Shown: one piece after another, positions 12,411 to 24,976 of the stretch
Layout: the number at the start of each line of letters is the position of its first letter
Numbering within the stretch: position 1 is the stretch's first letter
Source: Mobula hypostoma
Lineage: Eukaryota
Length of the DNA: 64,000 bases
Direction: 5' to 3'
Assembly (NCBI RefSeq): GCF_963921235.1
Contig: NC_086108.1
Location: 108,192,001 to 108,256,000 of the forward strand
Made by a program: the position numbers and the translations under genes
The notes under the pieces: generated by a model
Databases searched by the model: none
What the model was told of the DNA's origin: nothing
What the model saw: only the letters and a program-made list of their open reading frames with translations

Positions 12411-13304
12411 AAAACAAAAATGTAAGAAGTACAGATAGATCTATCTGATCTATCGGCCAGATGTACCATGAAATGATTTTTTTTAACTTTAATTAAGTGT
12501 TCGGGGAATTCAGGGTCAACAAAGAAAGTATTCCCTTATAGTACATTCGTCACGGCTCCGCTCAGTACAAGCAATGGTCCAATAGTTGGGCACCAGACAA
12601 TGACTGAAAATTTCGAAGGAGAAATGAGAACTGTGGCAGTGTTGGAAAGAGTTGGGGTAAATACGAAGTCGGACTGTTGTCTTAACAGACTTTATCTGTG
12701 TAAGTAACACACACAAAATCGTGGAGGGACTCAACAGGGCAGGCAACATCTACGGAAAAGAGTGAACAGTCGACATTTCAGGCCGAGACCCTTCGTCAAA
12801 ACTGAAACATCAGGCTGGTTACTCTTTTCCATAGATGCTGCCTGGCCCGCTGAGTTCCTCCGGTATTTTGTGTGTGATGCATGGCTTTCTAGCAACTGCA
12901 GATTTTCTCTTCTCTCTGTGTTATTCAGTGATGTGGGGGGTGGTGGTGCGGCTGGGATCTGAAATAAGGGGGAACAAATTTGAACACAATAGTCCAGACA
13001 TGGTCTCACTGATGCACTATACAACCGAAGCATTAGAATTAGAATCAGGGCGGCATTGTAGCATAGTGGATAGCACAATGCTTTACAGCAGCCGGCTTTG
13101 AGATTGGGGTTCGATTCCCACCACTGCCTGTGAGGACACTGTATGTTCTCCCCGTGACCGCCTGTACTGTTTATAACTCCATGACTGTGACTAACAGGGC
13201 ATTAAATATTCTCCCTTCTGTAGCTCCTGTATTGTGGTTCCTTGAAATGATGTCACTCACTGATAGAAAAGCTGAAAAGGATGTGGCCATCGAGATGGTC
13301 TCTT

Positions 13305-13975
13305 TATCATCTCTATAACTCAGCTCCTCAGAATCAGGCAACATCCTTGTAAATTTTCTCTGTGCTATTTCAATCTTTTTGATATCTTTCCTGTAGGTAG
13401 GTGATGAAATCTGCACACAATACTCCAAGTTTGGCCTCACCAATGTCTTATGCAACTTCAACATAATATCCCAACTTCTGTACTCAGTATTCTGATTTAT
13501 GGATGCCTATGTGCCAAAAACCCTATTTATGTCTCTTTTGACCTGCTTCACCAATTTCAAAGAATTAGGTATTCCCAGATCCCATTGTTCTACAACACTT
13601 CTCAATACCTTACCATTCAATGTGTATCTCTTACCCTGGTTTGTCCTCTCAAAGTGCAACATCTCACACTGCCCTGGGGAAAGGTTTCTGGCTGTCCACT
13701 CTATCTATGCCACTTATAATCTTAACCACCTCTATCAAGTCATCTCTCATCCTCCTTCGCTCCAAAGAGAAAAGCCCTACCTCATTCAACCTATCCTCAT
13801 AAGACATGCTCTCTGGTCCAGGCAGCATCTCATCTGGACCCTCTCTAAAGCTTCCACGTCCTTCCTTTAATGAGGCACCCTGAACTGAACACCATACTCC
13901 AAGTGTGGTTTAACCAGCATTTTATAGAGCCGCAACATTACCTCATGGCTCCTGGACAGTCCCCTGACTAACAAA
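13305..13975 (-). mobile_element. Two adjacent CR1 RT C-terminal fragments
   Basis: ORF 13171-13464(-) LHKTLVRPNLEYCVQ..IEIAQRKFTRMLP. A second HLEY-type segment lies at about 13890. Confidence 0.8.
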
Positions 13976-15297
13976 GTCTGTTGTGTTGGGCTTGTTAGTC
14001 AGAGGATTGAGTTCAAGAACCATGAGATAATGTGGCAGATGGAGTTCAATCCAGAATCCTGTATTCTGCCATCAAATTCAACTTCTCCAACCGCTATAAC
14101 GAAAGGCTAGAAAAACTTGGGTTGTTTCCTTTGGAGCAGCAGAGACTGAGGGGTGATCTGCTAGAGATTTATCAGATTATGAGAGACATAGGTAGAGCAG
14201 ACAGACAAACAGTATCTTTTTCCAAGGGTTGAAATGTCTAATACCAGAGGAAATACATTTAAGGTGAGAGGGGGTAATTTCAAAGGAGATGCGAGGGGTG
14301 GATGCAGAGAGTGGTGGATGCCTGGAATGGGCTTCCTGGTATGATAGTAGAGACAGATACATTAAGGACTTTTAAGAGACGTTTAGATAGCCCACACTTG
14401 GAGCACTGTGTCCAGTTCTCGTCACCTCACTATAGGAAGGATGTGGAAGCATTGGAAAGGTACAGAGGAGATTTACCAGGATGTTGCCTGGTTTAGACAG
14501 TATGGATTATGATCAGAGATTAAGGGAGCTAGGGCTTTACTCTTTAGAGAGAAGGAGGATGAGAGGAGACATGATAGAGGTATACAAGATATTAAGAGGA
14601 ATAGATAGAGTGGATAGCTAGTGCCTCTTCCCCAGGGCACCACTGCTCAATACAAGAGGAAGGAAGAGCTAGTAAGAGATTTGAAAGAGATTTTGAAAGA
14701 TTTCAAATCTCTTACTAGCTCTTCCTTCAGTTAGTCCTGACGAAGGGCCTCGGCCTAAAACGTCGACTGTACCTCTTCCTAGAGATTCTGCCTGGCCTGC
14801 TGTGTTCACCAGCAACTTTGATGTGTGTTGCTTGAATTTCCAGCATCTACAGAATTCCTCTTGTTTGTGTCAATACAAGAGGACATGGCTTTAAGGTAAA
14901 GGTTGGGAAGTTCAAGGGGGATATTAGAGGAAGGTTTTTTACTCAGAGAGTGGTTGGTGCGTGGAATGCACTGCCTGAGTCAGTGGTGGAAGCAGATACA
15001 CTAGTGAAGTTTAAGAGACTACTAGACAGGTATGTGGAGGAATTTAAGGTGGGGAAGTGTTATATGGGAGGCAGGGTTTGAGGGTCGGAACAACAATGTG
15101 GGCCGAAGGGCCTGTACTGTGCTGTACTATTCTATGCTCTATGTCCTATGAATGTGAGAAGAATGGAAGGATATGGACATTGTGTAGCCAGAGGTGATTA
15201 GTCATTTAGTTAACTATTTATTTACGAATTTATTCGGTTCAGCACAGTATTGTGGGCCAAAGGGCCTGTTCTTATGCTGTACTGTTCCATGTTCTAT
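13975..15297 (+). mobile_element. Nested CR1 3' fragments (at least two subfamilies), interrupted by a Penelope-derived insertion
   Basis: YNERLEKLGLFPLEQQRLRGDL (14032 ORF), [18 protein letters not shown] (14302 ORF), and repeated CR1 tails TGTGGGCCGAAGGGCCTGT at about 15098 and 15252. Confidence 0.85.
14661..14869 (+). mobile_element. Short Penelope-derived insertion with 5' fold-back, hammerhead (G12A) and tail
   Basis: 14-bp TSD TCAATACAAGAGGA at 14647-14660 and 14870-14883. Close match to 24910-25076. Confidence 0.92.
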
Positions 15298-15421
15298 TTT
15301 CTAAAGTGTCTTACATTACACTTCTCCAGTTTAAATGGGATTAGTGTAAATTAGGATGGTGGACTGTCAGGGTGGACTTGATGAGCTGAGGGTCCTCTTC
15401 CTGTGCCGTATCTCTCGCAGA

Positions 15422-15727
15422 ACAATATGGTAGCATACTGGTCAGTGCAATGCTTTACAGTGCCAGTGATCAGCGACCGGGTTTCAATACCTGCTACTCT
15501 CCGTAGGGAATTTGAACATTCTCCTCGTGGCTGCATGGGTTCGCTCCTTGTTCTCTGGTTTCCTCCAGGTTCCAAACACATATGGGTTAAGGCTAGCAAG
15601 TTGCAGACGTGCAGTGTTGGCGCCGGAGACATGAGAACATTTGCGGGCTGCCGCCAGCACATTCATAGACTATGACACATTTCACTGTACATTTCAATGC
15701 ACAGGTGACAAATGAAGCTAATCTTTA
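15422..15727 (+). mobile_element. V-SINE (subfamily with GTGACAAATAAAGCTAATCTT tail)
   Basis: tRNA-like head, V-domain and a tail shared with the copies at 20800, 28670, 41420 and 46420. Confidence 0.8.
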
Positions 15728-15935
15728 CCTCTCTCCTTTCCGGCTCCCACACGTGCTCATAGATGCACTAACAACACACGTTTTCTTTCCAAGCCTGGTA
15801 TTCGGAATCGTTAGGTTGAAAGTTGATATGGGAACCAAGGATTGTTCTAATTTTCCCCGTCGCCCCTTTCCCTTCACTCATGAGGCACAGGTGCAGGTCA
15901 AAACTGCTGTTCATCCCCTGTGATTGTGTCCTTAA

Positions 15936-16405
15936 TCAGAATCAGGTTTAATATCACCAGCATACATTGTGGAACTTGTTGTTTTACAACAGCAGTACAT
16001 TGCGATATGTAATATTAAAAAACTATAAATTACCGTAAGATAAAAATTTAAATAAGTTGTGCAAAAAAACAAGTAGTGAGATATTGTTCATGGGTTCATT
16101 GTCCATTCAGAAATCTGATGGCGGAGAGGGAAGAAGCTGTTCCTGAAACGTTGAGTGTGTATCTTCAGGCTCTCAGAACGCTGCCCTGATGGCAGCAATG
16201 AGAAAAGGACACGTCCCGGGTGATGGGCGTCCTTAAAGACGGACATCGTGTTTTGCAGGCGTCGCAGTTTGAAGACGCCTTCGAAGCTGGGGAGGCTAGT
16301 GCCCAGGATGGAGCTGGCTGAGTGTGAAACTTTCTGCAGCTTTTTCCGATCCTGTGCAGTGACCCCTACATACCAGGCACTGACGCAACCAGTTAGAATG
16401 CTCTC
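15936..16405 (-). mobile_element. Rex1/Babar 3' end
   Basis: ORF 16088-16519(-) ESILTGCVSAWY..HPGRVLFSLLPSG..RFRNSFFP; tail AATCAGAATCAGG at about 15936. Confidence 0.85.
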
Positions 16406-17671
16406 CTTATCCTGCTCGGTCAGTAGCCCGGTGGCTCCACTGTCACTGAGCAGGCTGGGGGGGAGGGCATGATGGTTCAAAAAAAAAGGTGCTTGCCACT
16501 CTCTCTTAGAGGGGGACATGAGGAACCAAATCCCCTTTCTGCCAGCCTATTAGTGAGCTAGATCCCTCACTCTTCTGTGTGGCAATCCAGTTGGTTACTT
16601 ACCGAGCTGCTGGAAGAGCTTAGGAGTGCAAATCCAAATGAATCCCTTTGGATGAGAACCGCAAAGCGTGACAAGACAGAAATATTTGCATTGCAAAAAA
16701 TGAGTGCTTAGAAACTAAATCCAGTGAAGGCACTCTGCTTTCAAAAGCTGAAATACTTTGACTAACAATTGGTAGATCTGACATGTGGACTGTAGTCTAG
16801 AAAACTGAGCTCCTATATCCCGCCTTTGGAATGTTACAGGCTTTTTATAAGTTTAGCAGACAGTTGGAATGTCCGAAGAAAATAAGCTCCGATGCAGTTT
16901 ATCGTTCCAGCACAGCTGTGTTTGTGAGGGGCTGTGTGCTCTGTGCTGCGGAGAGCTGAGCCAATTCGTGACTGTATGGGGGTTCTGACAGGGCGGACAG
17001 GCAGAGGATCTTTCCAAAGTTCAACATTCAAAGTTAAAATAAATTTATTCTCAAAATACTGATGTCACCATACACTACCTTCTCCAGTGAAAGTACATCC
17101 TTTCTTAGTTTAGAGCCCCAAATTGCTCACGGTACCCCAAGTGTGGTCTGACCAATGTCTTATAAAGCATCAGCATTACCTTCTTGCTTTTACATTCCAG
17201 TCTTTGCCTTCCCTACCAATGACTTAACCTGCATGATAGCACAGACCATAGTAGAATACAGCACAGGAACCAGACCTTTGGCCCACAATGTTGTGTCAAA
17301 CCAAATAAATTAGTAATCAAATAACCAACTAAACTAATCTCCTCTGCCTACACAATGTCCATATCCTTCCATTTCCCTCACATCCATGTGCCTATCTAAA
17401 TGTCCTTTAAAAGTCTCTAATGTTTCTACTCCTCCCACCACCCCAGGCACCCACCACTCTCTGTGTAAAAACCTTGCCCCTCGCATCATCTTTGAAATTA
17501 CCCCCTCTCACTCTAAGTGCACACCCTCTGGTACTGGGCATTTTGACCCTGGGAAAAAGATATTGTTTGCCTACCAATCTATACCTCTCCTAATCTTATG
17601 AACCTCTATCAAATCTCCCAACAGCCGCCGCCACTCCAGAGAAATCAACCCATGTTTGTCCAATTTCTCAT

Positions 17672-18812
17672 TATACTTTATACTTTATTGTCGCCAAACA
17701 ATTGATACTGGAGTGTACAATCATCACAGCGATATTTGATTCTACGCTTTGTGCTCCCTGGAGTACAAATCGATAATAAATATTAAAAATTTAAATTATA
17801 AATCATAACTAGAAAATAGAAAAGGGAAAGTAAGGTAGTGCAAAAAAACCAAGAGGCAGGTCCGGATATTTGGAGGGTACGGCCCAGATCCGGGTCAGGG
17901 TCCGTTCAGCAGTCTTATCACAGTTGGAAAGAAGCCGTTCCCAAATCTGGCCGTATGAGTCTTCAAGCTCCTGAGCCTTTTCCCGGAGGGAAGAGGGACG
18001 AAAACTGTGTTGGCTGGGTGGGTCGTGTCCTTGATTATCCTGGCAGCACTGCTCCGACAGCGTGCGGTGTAAAGTGAGTCCAAGGATGGAAGATTGGTTT
18101 GTGTGATGTGCTGCGCTGTGTTCACAATCTTTTGCAGCTTCTTTCCGTCTTGGACAGGACAACTTCCATACCAGGTTGTGATGCACCCTAGAAGAATGTT
18201 TTCTACGGTGCATCTATAAAAATTAGAGAGGATTTTAGGGGACAGGACAAATTTCTTTAGCTTCCTCAGGAAGTAAAGGCGCTGGTGGGCCTTCTTGGCA
18301 GTGAACTCTGCTTGGTTGGACCAATTCAGGTCATTTGTGACATTGACCCCGAGGAACTTAAAGCTTTTGACCTCTTCCACTTGCGCACCACCGATGTAAA
18401 TTGGGTCGTGTGGTCCGCTACTCCTTCTGAAGTCAACAACCAATTCCTTCGTCTTGCTGATGTTGAGGGATAGGTTATTGTCTTCGCACCATGCCACCAG
18501 GTTCTTAATTTCCTCTCTGTACTCAAACTCATTATTGCCCAAGATACGGCCTACAATTGTTGTGTCATCAGCAAACTTATATATTGAGTTCAATGGAAAC
18601 TTGGCTACACAATCATGGGTGTACAGCGAGTACAGCAGGGGGCTGAGTACACAGCCTTGTGGGGCACTGGTGCTCAGAGTGATTGTGGAGGAGAGCTTGT
18701 CCCCTATTTTTACAGCCTGGGTCCTGTCTGTGAGGAAGTTGAAGATCCAGCTGCAGATCTGAGTGCTAAGGCCCAGGTTTCGGAGCTTAGGAATCAGTTT
18801 ATTTGGAATGCT
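17672..18812 (-). mobile_element. Young 5'-truncated Rex1/Babar LINE nested in a CR1; (AAAGTAT)n tail
   Basis: Uninterrupted RT C-terminal ORF. CR1 sequence on both flanks (17240-17670 and 18812-19120). Near-identical copy at 40425-41012. Confidence 0.9.
17895..18812 (-). CDS. Partial reverse transcriptase ORF of the Rex1/Babar element (RT + DUF1891-like C-terminus)
   Basis: [23 protein letters not shown] and [16 protein letters not shown] with no stops over about 305 codons; the N-terminus is truncated. Confidence 0.88.
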   Translation of the reverse strand, partial: SIPNKLIPKLRNLGLSTQICSWIFNFLTDRTQAVKIGDKLSSTITLSTSAPQGCVLSPLLYSLYTHDCVAKFPLNSIYKFADDTTIVGRILGNNEFEYREEIKNLVAWCEDNNLSLNISKTKELVVDFRRSSGPHDPIYIGGAQVEEVKSFKFLGVNVTNDLNWSNQAEFTAKKAHQRLYFLRKLKKFVLSPKILSNFYRCTVENILLGCITTWYGSCPVQDGKKLQKIVNTAQHITQTNLPSLDSLYTARCRSSAARIIKDTTHPANTVFVPLPSGKRLRSLKTHTARFGNGFFPTVIRLLNGP

Positions 18813-19154
18813 GTGTAATCCAGGCAACATCCTGGTAAACTCCTCTGCACTCTCTCCAAAGCCTCGACATCCTTCCTATAATGGGGCGACCAGAACTATT
18901 TGCAGTGCTCCAGATACAACCTAACTAGAGTTTTATAAATCTGTAACATCCTGACTTTTCAACTCAATGCCTCAACAAGTAAGGGCAAGCATGCGATATG
19001 CTCTCTTAACTATGCTATCAACCTGTGTAGCCACTTTCAGGGAGGTATGAACTTGGACCATAAGATCCTTCTGCTCATCAACCCAGTTAAGGGTCTTGCC
19101 TTTATCAATGTACTGCCTCTTATAGTGTAGGGAATGGCCTTACTAAACCTCACC

Positions 19155-19447
19155 ACCTTGTCCCATGATCCTCTCATATCCCTTTTGCCAATCAACTGTC
19201 CAGCTCTTGGCTCCATCCCTCCCCCTCCTGTCTTCTCCTATCGTTTTGGATCTCCCCCTCCCCCCCCCTCCCCCTCCCCCTTTCAAATCTCTTACTAGCT
19301 CTTCTTTCAGTTAGTCCTGACAAAGGGTCTCAGTCCGTAACGTCGATTGTACCTCTTCCTAGAGATGCTGCCTGGCCTGCTGCGTTCACCAGCAACTTTT
19401 ATGTGTGTTGCTTGAATTTCCAGCATCTGCAGATTTCCTCGTGTTTG
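19155..19447 (+). mobile_element. Penelope-like 3' fragment with mutated hammerhead
   Basis: Aligns to 24795-25074; HHR reads AGTC CTGACAA..CCGTAA CGTC GATT. Confidence 0.88.
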
Positions 19448-19523
19448 GGCTCTCCACCTGTTGTTCTCTTTCAAAATTCAGCTCATTGATTGGACTTCAA
19501 ACAAACATCAATTTTTCTCCCTC

Positions 19524-19915
19524 ATAGAAAACCTACAGCACAATACAGGCCCTTTGGCCCACGAAGTTGTGCCGAACATGTCCCTACCTTAGAAATTACT
19601 AGGTTTACCTATAGCTCTCTATTTTTCTAAGCTCCATGTACCTATCCAAAAGTCTCTTAATTACCCTACCGTATCTGCCTCCACCACCGTTGCCGGCAGC
19701 CCATTCCACGCACTCACCAGTCTCTGAGTAAAAAACTTACCCCGATATCTCCTCTGTACCTACTCCCCAGCACCTTAAACCTGTGTCCTCTTGTGGCAAC
19801 CACTTCAGCCCTGGGAAAAAGCCTCTGACTATCCACACGATCAATGCCTCTCATCATCTTATACACTCTTCAGGTCACCTCTCATCCTCCGTCGCTCCAA
19901 GGAGAAAAGGCCGAG
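19524..19915 (-). mobile_element. CR1 3' end (same subfamily as 29297-29700)
   Basis: Close similarity to the 3' UTR of the large CR1 at 29297. Confidence 0.85.
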
Positions 19916-21077
19916 CGCTTTCCTCTCCTTGAATTCCCCACTCTGGTTCCCACCTTACCTCTTCTCTTCTCTTCTCCTCACCTACCTATCACCTCCCCAT
20001 GGTGCCTCTGCTCCATCCGTTTCTCCTGTAGCCTGCTCTCCTCTCCAATCAGATTCTTTCACTAGCCCTTTACCATTTCAACCTATCACCTCCCAGCTTC
20101 TTACTTCATCCTCCCCGCCCCCCTGCTTCACCTATCACCTCAAGGATATTACTCCTTCCCCTTGCCCCCACTGTCTTATTCTGATTTTTTCCCTCACTTC
20201 CTTTCCAGTCGTGATGAAGGGTCTCAGCCCAAAACGTTGACTGTTTATTCCCCTCCATAGATGCTGTCTGAAATGAAGTTCCTCCGGCATTTGTGTGTGT
20301 TGCTCATTGATGGGTCTACCTGTTTAGAGTTTTCCTTCATCCAACTTGGAATGTGTTTCTACCTGTGAAACACCTTGGGACATTCCCTCTGAGATGAGGA
20401 AAGGATATTGGCACCTCTCAAGTCACTCCTCATTATAAAGGGAACGTGAATGACTGTGGATCGAATGCATAATGGATGTGAAGAATTCCAGCATTTTGTA
20501 ACATGATTAATTATATTGTTTCCCTTCTTCTACTGCCTTTTGTATACCATCCAGGTTTTTAAGGAGCAGTTCAATCTCCACTTGAATTTTAACGATTTCA
20601 ATTAATTATTATTGATTCCAAGCCCTGCCTAATGCAATCAGACACAATTTAAAGGGCATGACTACTGCAGGAAAGACATTGTCAAGAAGCTTTTTAACAA
20701 CTAATGCACTCTGTGGAGTTCCATTTCAACTCCAATCCTTTCACTGAGGAGATTTACCAGGATGCTGCCTGGACGAGAGAGCATGTCCTATGAGGATAGG
20801 ATTCGATTCCCATTGCAGTTACGTAAGGAGTTTTACATTCTCCCCAACATCGTGTGGGTTTCTTCTGGGTGCTCTGGTTTCCTCCCACATTTCAAAGGTG
20901 TACAGGTGAAGGTTAGTGAGTTGTGGACAAGCTACATTGGCACTGGAAGTGTGGTAGCGCTTGTCAGCTGCCCCCCACACATCGTTGGACTGTGTTCATT
21001 GCTGGCACGCATGACACACGTCACTGTCTATTTCAACACTCGTGTGACAAATAAAGCTAATCTTTATATCTTTACAT

Positions 21078-21352
21078 AAACACAAGAGAGTCTGCAGACA
21101 CTGGAAATCCAAAGCAACACGCACAAAATGCTGGAGGAGCTCGGCAAGTCGGGCAGCATCTATGGAGAGGAATAAACAGTCAATATTTCTGACCAAGTCT
21201 CTTCATCAGGACTGGAAAGAAGGGGCCTGAAACCAGGATTTTGTCCCACTCCTTTCAAGGCCTGGTGAAGGGTCTTGGCCTGAAATGTCAACTATTTATT
21301 CTCCTCCAGAGGTGATGCCTGACCCACTACGTTCCTCCGGCATTTTGAGTGT
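21078..21352. mobile_element. Inverted pair of older Penelope-like HHR+tail modules
   Basis: Minus-strand module at 21078-21215 and plus-strand module at about 21255-21352, each with a degenerate CTGATGA..GAAA core. Confidence 0.8.
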
Positions 21353-21884
21353 ACTGAACAGGATGCAGTGTGTAGTGTTAAGGTTACAAAGAAAGTGCGG
21401 TGCAGCTAGCCAATTGAGTGCAAGGGCCATGACAAGTTAGACAGAGATCAAGAGCTCATCTTTATTGTATAAGTGTCAGATAAGAGTGGGATAGAATCTG
21501 TTCATGGGCCTGGTGATATGTGTTCTCAAGTTTTTATATCTTCAGCCTGATGGGAGAAGAGAGAATGCTATCCTTTGTTGCTTTTCTGAGGCAGCGCAAT
21601 GTGTAGACGGTGTCTGTGGAAGGGAGGCTACTGAACGAGGGCCACAGGAGCTAGGCCCAAACACTGAACAGAAAGAAGAGAGCAACGTCAGAGATTAAAA
21701 TAATGTGAGAAGTGCGTGGGGCCAGTGTTGTGATCACATTTGTGGTCTCCACGAGCAGTGTTTGCTGTCAGTTTAATGTGGTGAGTACAGCTGGTCTGAA
21801 GCAAATGGGGAACAAACAGGATTTCAGATGATAATTGCGTTGGGTTCTAGTTTCTTTTATGGTGACGCTCTTAGTTGCCAGAAA

Positions 21885-22335
21885 TAGAATCAGGTTTAAT
21901 ATCACTGGTATATGTTGTGAGATTTGTTGTTTTGCTGCAGCAGTACTTTGTAATACATAATTAAAAAAACTATAAATGACTGTAAGAACTAAAATTAAAT
22001 GTAAAAAGTAGTGCAGAAAGAGAGGGAAGAACACTGGCTAGTGTTCATGGGTTCAATGTCCATTCAGAAATCTGATTGTAGAGGGGAAGAAGCTGCTCCT
22101 AAATCGTTGGGTGTGTGCCTTCGGGCTTCTGTACCTCCTCCTTGATGGTAGCAATTAGAAAGGGCATGTCCTGTGTGATGGGGGTCCCTAATGATGAACG
22201 CTGTCATTCTGAGGCATCGCCTTTTGAAGGTGTCCTGGACGCTGAGGAGGCTGGCGCCAGTGATGGAGCTGGCTGAGTTTACAACTTTCGGCAACATTTT
22301 CTGATCCTCTACAGTGGCCCCCTCCATACTAGACG
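21885..22335 (-). mobile_element. Rex1/Babar 3' end
   Basis: ORF 22064-22327(-) DQKMLPKVVNSASSITG..IIRDPHHTGHAL; tail GAATCAGG. Confidence 0.82.
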
Positions 22336-22776
22336 ATGAGACAAGCAGAGAATGCTTTTATTCCAAAAAAAAATATTCCAAGTCCTTTTGCTCAGGCTGC
22401 AATTCCTGTCTCTTTTATTTATGGCTGGTTTGCTTAGATTGGAATCATAAAATTGTAACGGCTGTGGAGCTGGCCATTCACCCACCAGCTCCTAGTCCAG
22501 CAAACACCCACAAAGAAGAGTGTGCAAGGTTGTTTTGGGTCTGAAAACAGAGGTGCGCAAACCAAAAATGATCTAATTGCTGTTAGTCAGATCTGTCACT
22601 GAAATATTCCCACAATATATGGGAAGGACTCTTCCACCCCCACCGATGACCCCTTCTCCCGTCTTCAACCCTCTTCTTCTTCATGGACACCCCGCTCTGG
22701 TCTTCTGCCTGCTCTGGATCTCTTTATTGCCAACTGCCGACGGGACATCAACCGTCTCGACTTCACCGCACCTTGA

Positions 22777-24645
22777 CCCCATTCCAACCTCACTCCTTCG
22801 GAACGCTCTGCTCTCCACTCCCTCTGCACTAATCCTAACATTATTATTAAACCCACTGATAAAGGGGGTGCTGTTGTAGTCTGGCGTACTGACCTCTACC
22901 TTGCCGAGGCACAGCGACAACTCGCGGATACCTCCTCTTATTTACCCCTCGATCGTGACCCCACTAAGGAGCACCAGGCCATTGTCTCCCACACTATCAA
23001 CGACTTTATCCGCTCAGGGGATCTCCCATCCACTGCTACCAACCTTATAGTTCCCACACCCTGCACTTCCCGTTTCTACCTCCTACCCAAGATCCACAAA
23101 CCTGCCTGTCCTGGCCGACCTATTGTCTCAGCTTGCTCCTGCCCCACCGAACTCGTTTCTGCATACCTCGACACTGTTTTATCACCCCTTGTTCAATCCC
23201 TTCTGACCTATGTTCGTGACACTTCTCACGCTCTTAAACTTTTCGATGATTTTAAGTTCCCTGGCCCCCACCGCTTTATTTTCACCATGGATGTCCAGTC
23301 CTTATATACTTCCATCCCCCATCAGGAAGGTCTCAAAGCTCTACGCTTCTTTTTGGATTCCAGACCTAATCAGTTCCCCTCTACCACCACTCTGCTCCGT
23401 CTAGCGGAATTAGTCCTTGCTCTTAATAATTTCTCCTTTTGCTCCTCCCATTTCCTCCAAACTAAAGGTGTATCTATGGGCACCCGTATGGGTCCTAGCT
23501 ATGCCTGCCTTTTTGTTGGGTTTGTGGAACAATCTATGTTCCGTGCCTATTCTGGTATCTGTCCCCCACTTTTCCTTCGCTACATCGACGACTGCATTGG
23601 CGCTGCTTCCTGCACGCATGCAGAACTCGTTGACTTTATTAACTTTGCCTCCAACTTTCACCCTGCCCTCAAGTTTACCTGGTCCATTTCCGACACCTCC
23701 CTCCCCTTTCTAGATCTTTCTGTCTCTGTCTCTGGAGACAGCTTATCCACTGATGTCTACTATAAGCCTACTGACTCTCACAGCTATCTGGACTATTCCT
23801 CTTCTCACCCTGTCTCTTGCAAAAACGCCATCCCCTTCTCGCAATTCCTCCGTCTCCGCCGCATCTGCTCTCAGGATGAGGCTTTTCATTCTAGGACGAG
23901 GGAGATGTCTTCATTTTTTAAAGAAAGGGGCTTCCCTTCCTCCACTATCAACTCTGCTCTTAAACGCATCTCCCCCATTTCACGTACATCTGCTCTCACT
24001 CCATCCTCCCACCACCCCACTAGGAATAGGGTTCCCCTGGTCCTCACCTACCACCCCACCAGCCTCCGGGTCCAACATATTATTCTCCGTAACTTCCACC
24101 ACCTCCAACGGGATCCCACCACTAAGCACATCTTTCCCTCCCCCCCCCCTGCATTCCGCAGGGATCGCTCCCTACACAACTCCCTTGTCCATTCGTCCCC
24201 CCCATCCCTCCCCACTGATCTCCCTCCTGGCACTTATCCATGTAAGCGGAACAAGTGCTACACATGCCCTTACACTTCCTCCCTTACCACCATTCAGGGC
24301 CCCAAACAGTCCTTCCAGGTGAGGCATCACTTCACCTGTGAGTCGACTGGGGTGATATACTGCGTCCGGTGCTCCCGATGTGGCCTTTTATATATTGGTG
24401 AGACCCGACGCAGACTGGGAGACCGCTTTGCTGAACATCTACGCTCTGTCCGCCAGAGAAAGCAGGATCTCCCAGTGGCCACACATTTTAATTCCACATC
24501 CCATTCCCATTCTGACATGTCTATCCACGGCCTCCTCTACTGTAAAGATGAAGCCACACTCAGGTTGGAGGAACAACACCTTATATTCCGTCTGGGTAGC
24601 CTCCAACCTGATGGCATGAACATTGACTTCTCTAACTTCCGCTAG
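22777..24645 (+). CDS. Penelope-like polyprotein: RT, Cys-rich linker and GIY-YIG endonuclease (N-terminally truncated; open from 22777, with one upstream TGA at 22774)
   Basis: Manual extension of the 23287 ORF gives IIIKPTDKGGAVVV, FYLLPKIHK..GRPIVS, MDVQSLYTSIP, GVSMGTRMGPSYA, RYIDD, CKRNKCYTC and VIYCVRCSRCGLLYIGETRRRLGDRFAEH. Confidence 0.93.
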   Translation, partial: PHSNLTPSERSALHSLCTNPNIIIKPTDKGGAVVVWRTDLYLAEAQRQLADTSSYLPLDRDPTKEHQAIVSHTINDFIRSGDLPSTATNLIVPTPCTSRFYLLPKIHKPACPGRPIVSACSCPTELVSAYLDTVLSPLVQSLLTYVRDTSHALKLFDDFKFPGPHRFIFTMDVQSLYTSIPHQEGLKALRFFLDSRPNQFPSTTTLLRLAELVLALNNFSFCSSHFLQTKGVSMGTRMGPSYACLFVGFVEQSMFRAYSGICPPLFLRYIDDCIGAASCTHAELVDFINFASNFHPALKFTWSISDTSLPFLDLSVSVSGDSLSTDVYYKPTDSHSYLDYSSSHPVSCKNAIPFSQFLRLRRICSQDEAFHSRTREMSSFFKERGFPSSTINSALKRISPISRTSALTPSSHHPTRNRVPLVLTYHPTSLRVQHIILRNFHHLQRDPTTKHIFPSPPPAFRRDRSLHNSLVHSSPPSLPTDLPPGTYPCKRNKCYTCPYTSSLTTIQGPKQSFQVRHHFTCESTGVIYCVRCSRCGLLYIGETRRRLGDRFAEHLRSVRQRKQDLPVATHFNSTSHSHSDMSIHGLLYCKDEATLRLEEQHLIFRLGSLQPDGMNIDFSNFR

Positions 24646-24938
24646 GCCCCACCTCCCCCTCGTACCCCATCTGTTACTCATTTTTATGCACACATTCTTT
24701 CTCTCACTCTCCTTTTTCTCCCTCTGTCCCTCTGAATATACCTCTTGCCCATCCTCTGGGTCACCCCCCCCCCCGTCTTTCTTCCCGGACCTCCTGTCCC
24801 ATGATCCTCTCGTATCCCCTTCTGCCTATCACCTGTCCAGCTCTTGGCTCCATCCCTCCTCCTCCTGTCTTCTCCTATCATTTTGCATCTCCCCCTCCCC
24901 CTCCAGCTTTCAAATCCCTTACTCACTCTTCCTTCAGT

Positions 24939-24976
24939 TAGTCCTGACGAAGGGTCTCGGCCTGAAACGTCGACTG
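24939..24976 (+). ncRNA. Minimal type I hammerhead ribozyme, intact core
   Basis: AGTC-CTGACGA-AGGGTCTCGGCCT-GAAA-CGTC^GACT: stem I AGTC/GACT, conserved CUGANGA and GAAA boxes, short stem II, predicted GUC cleavage after 24971. Confidence 0.88.
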
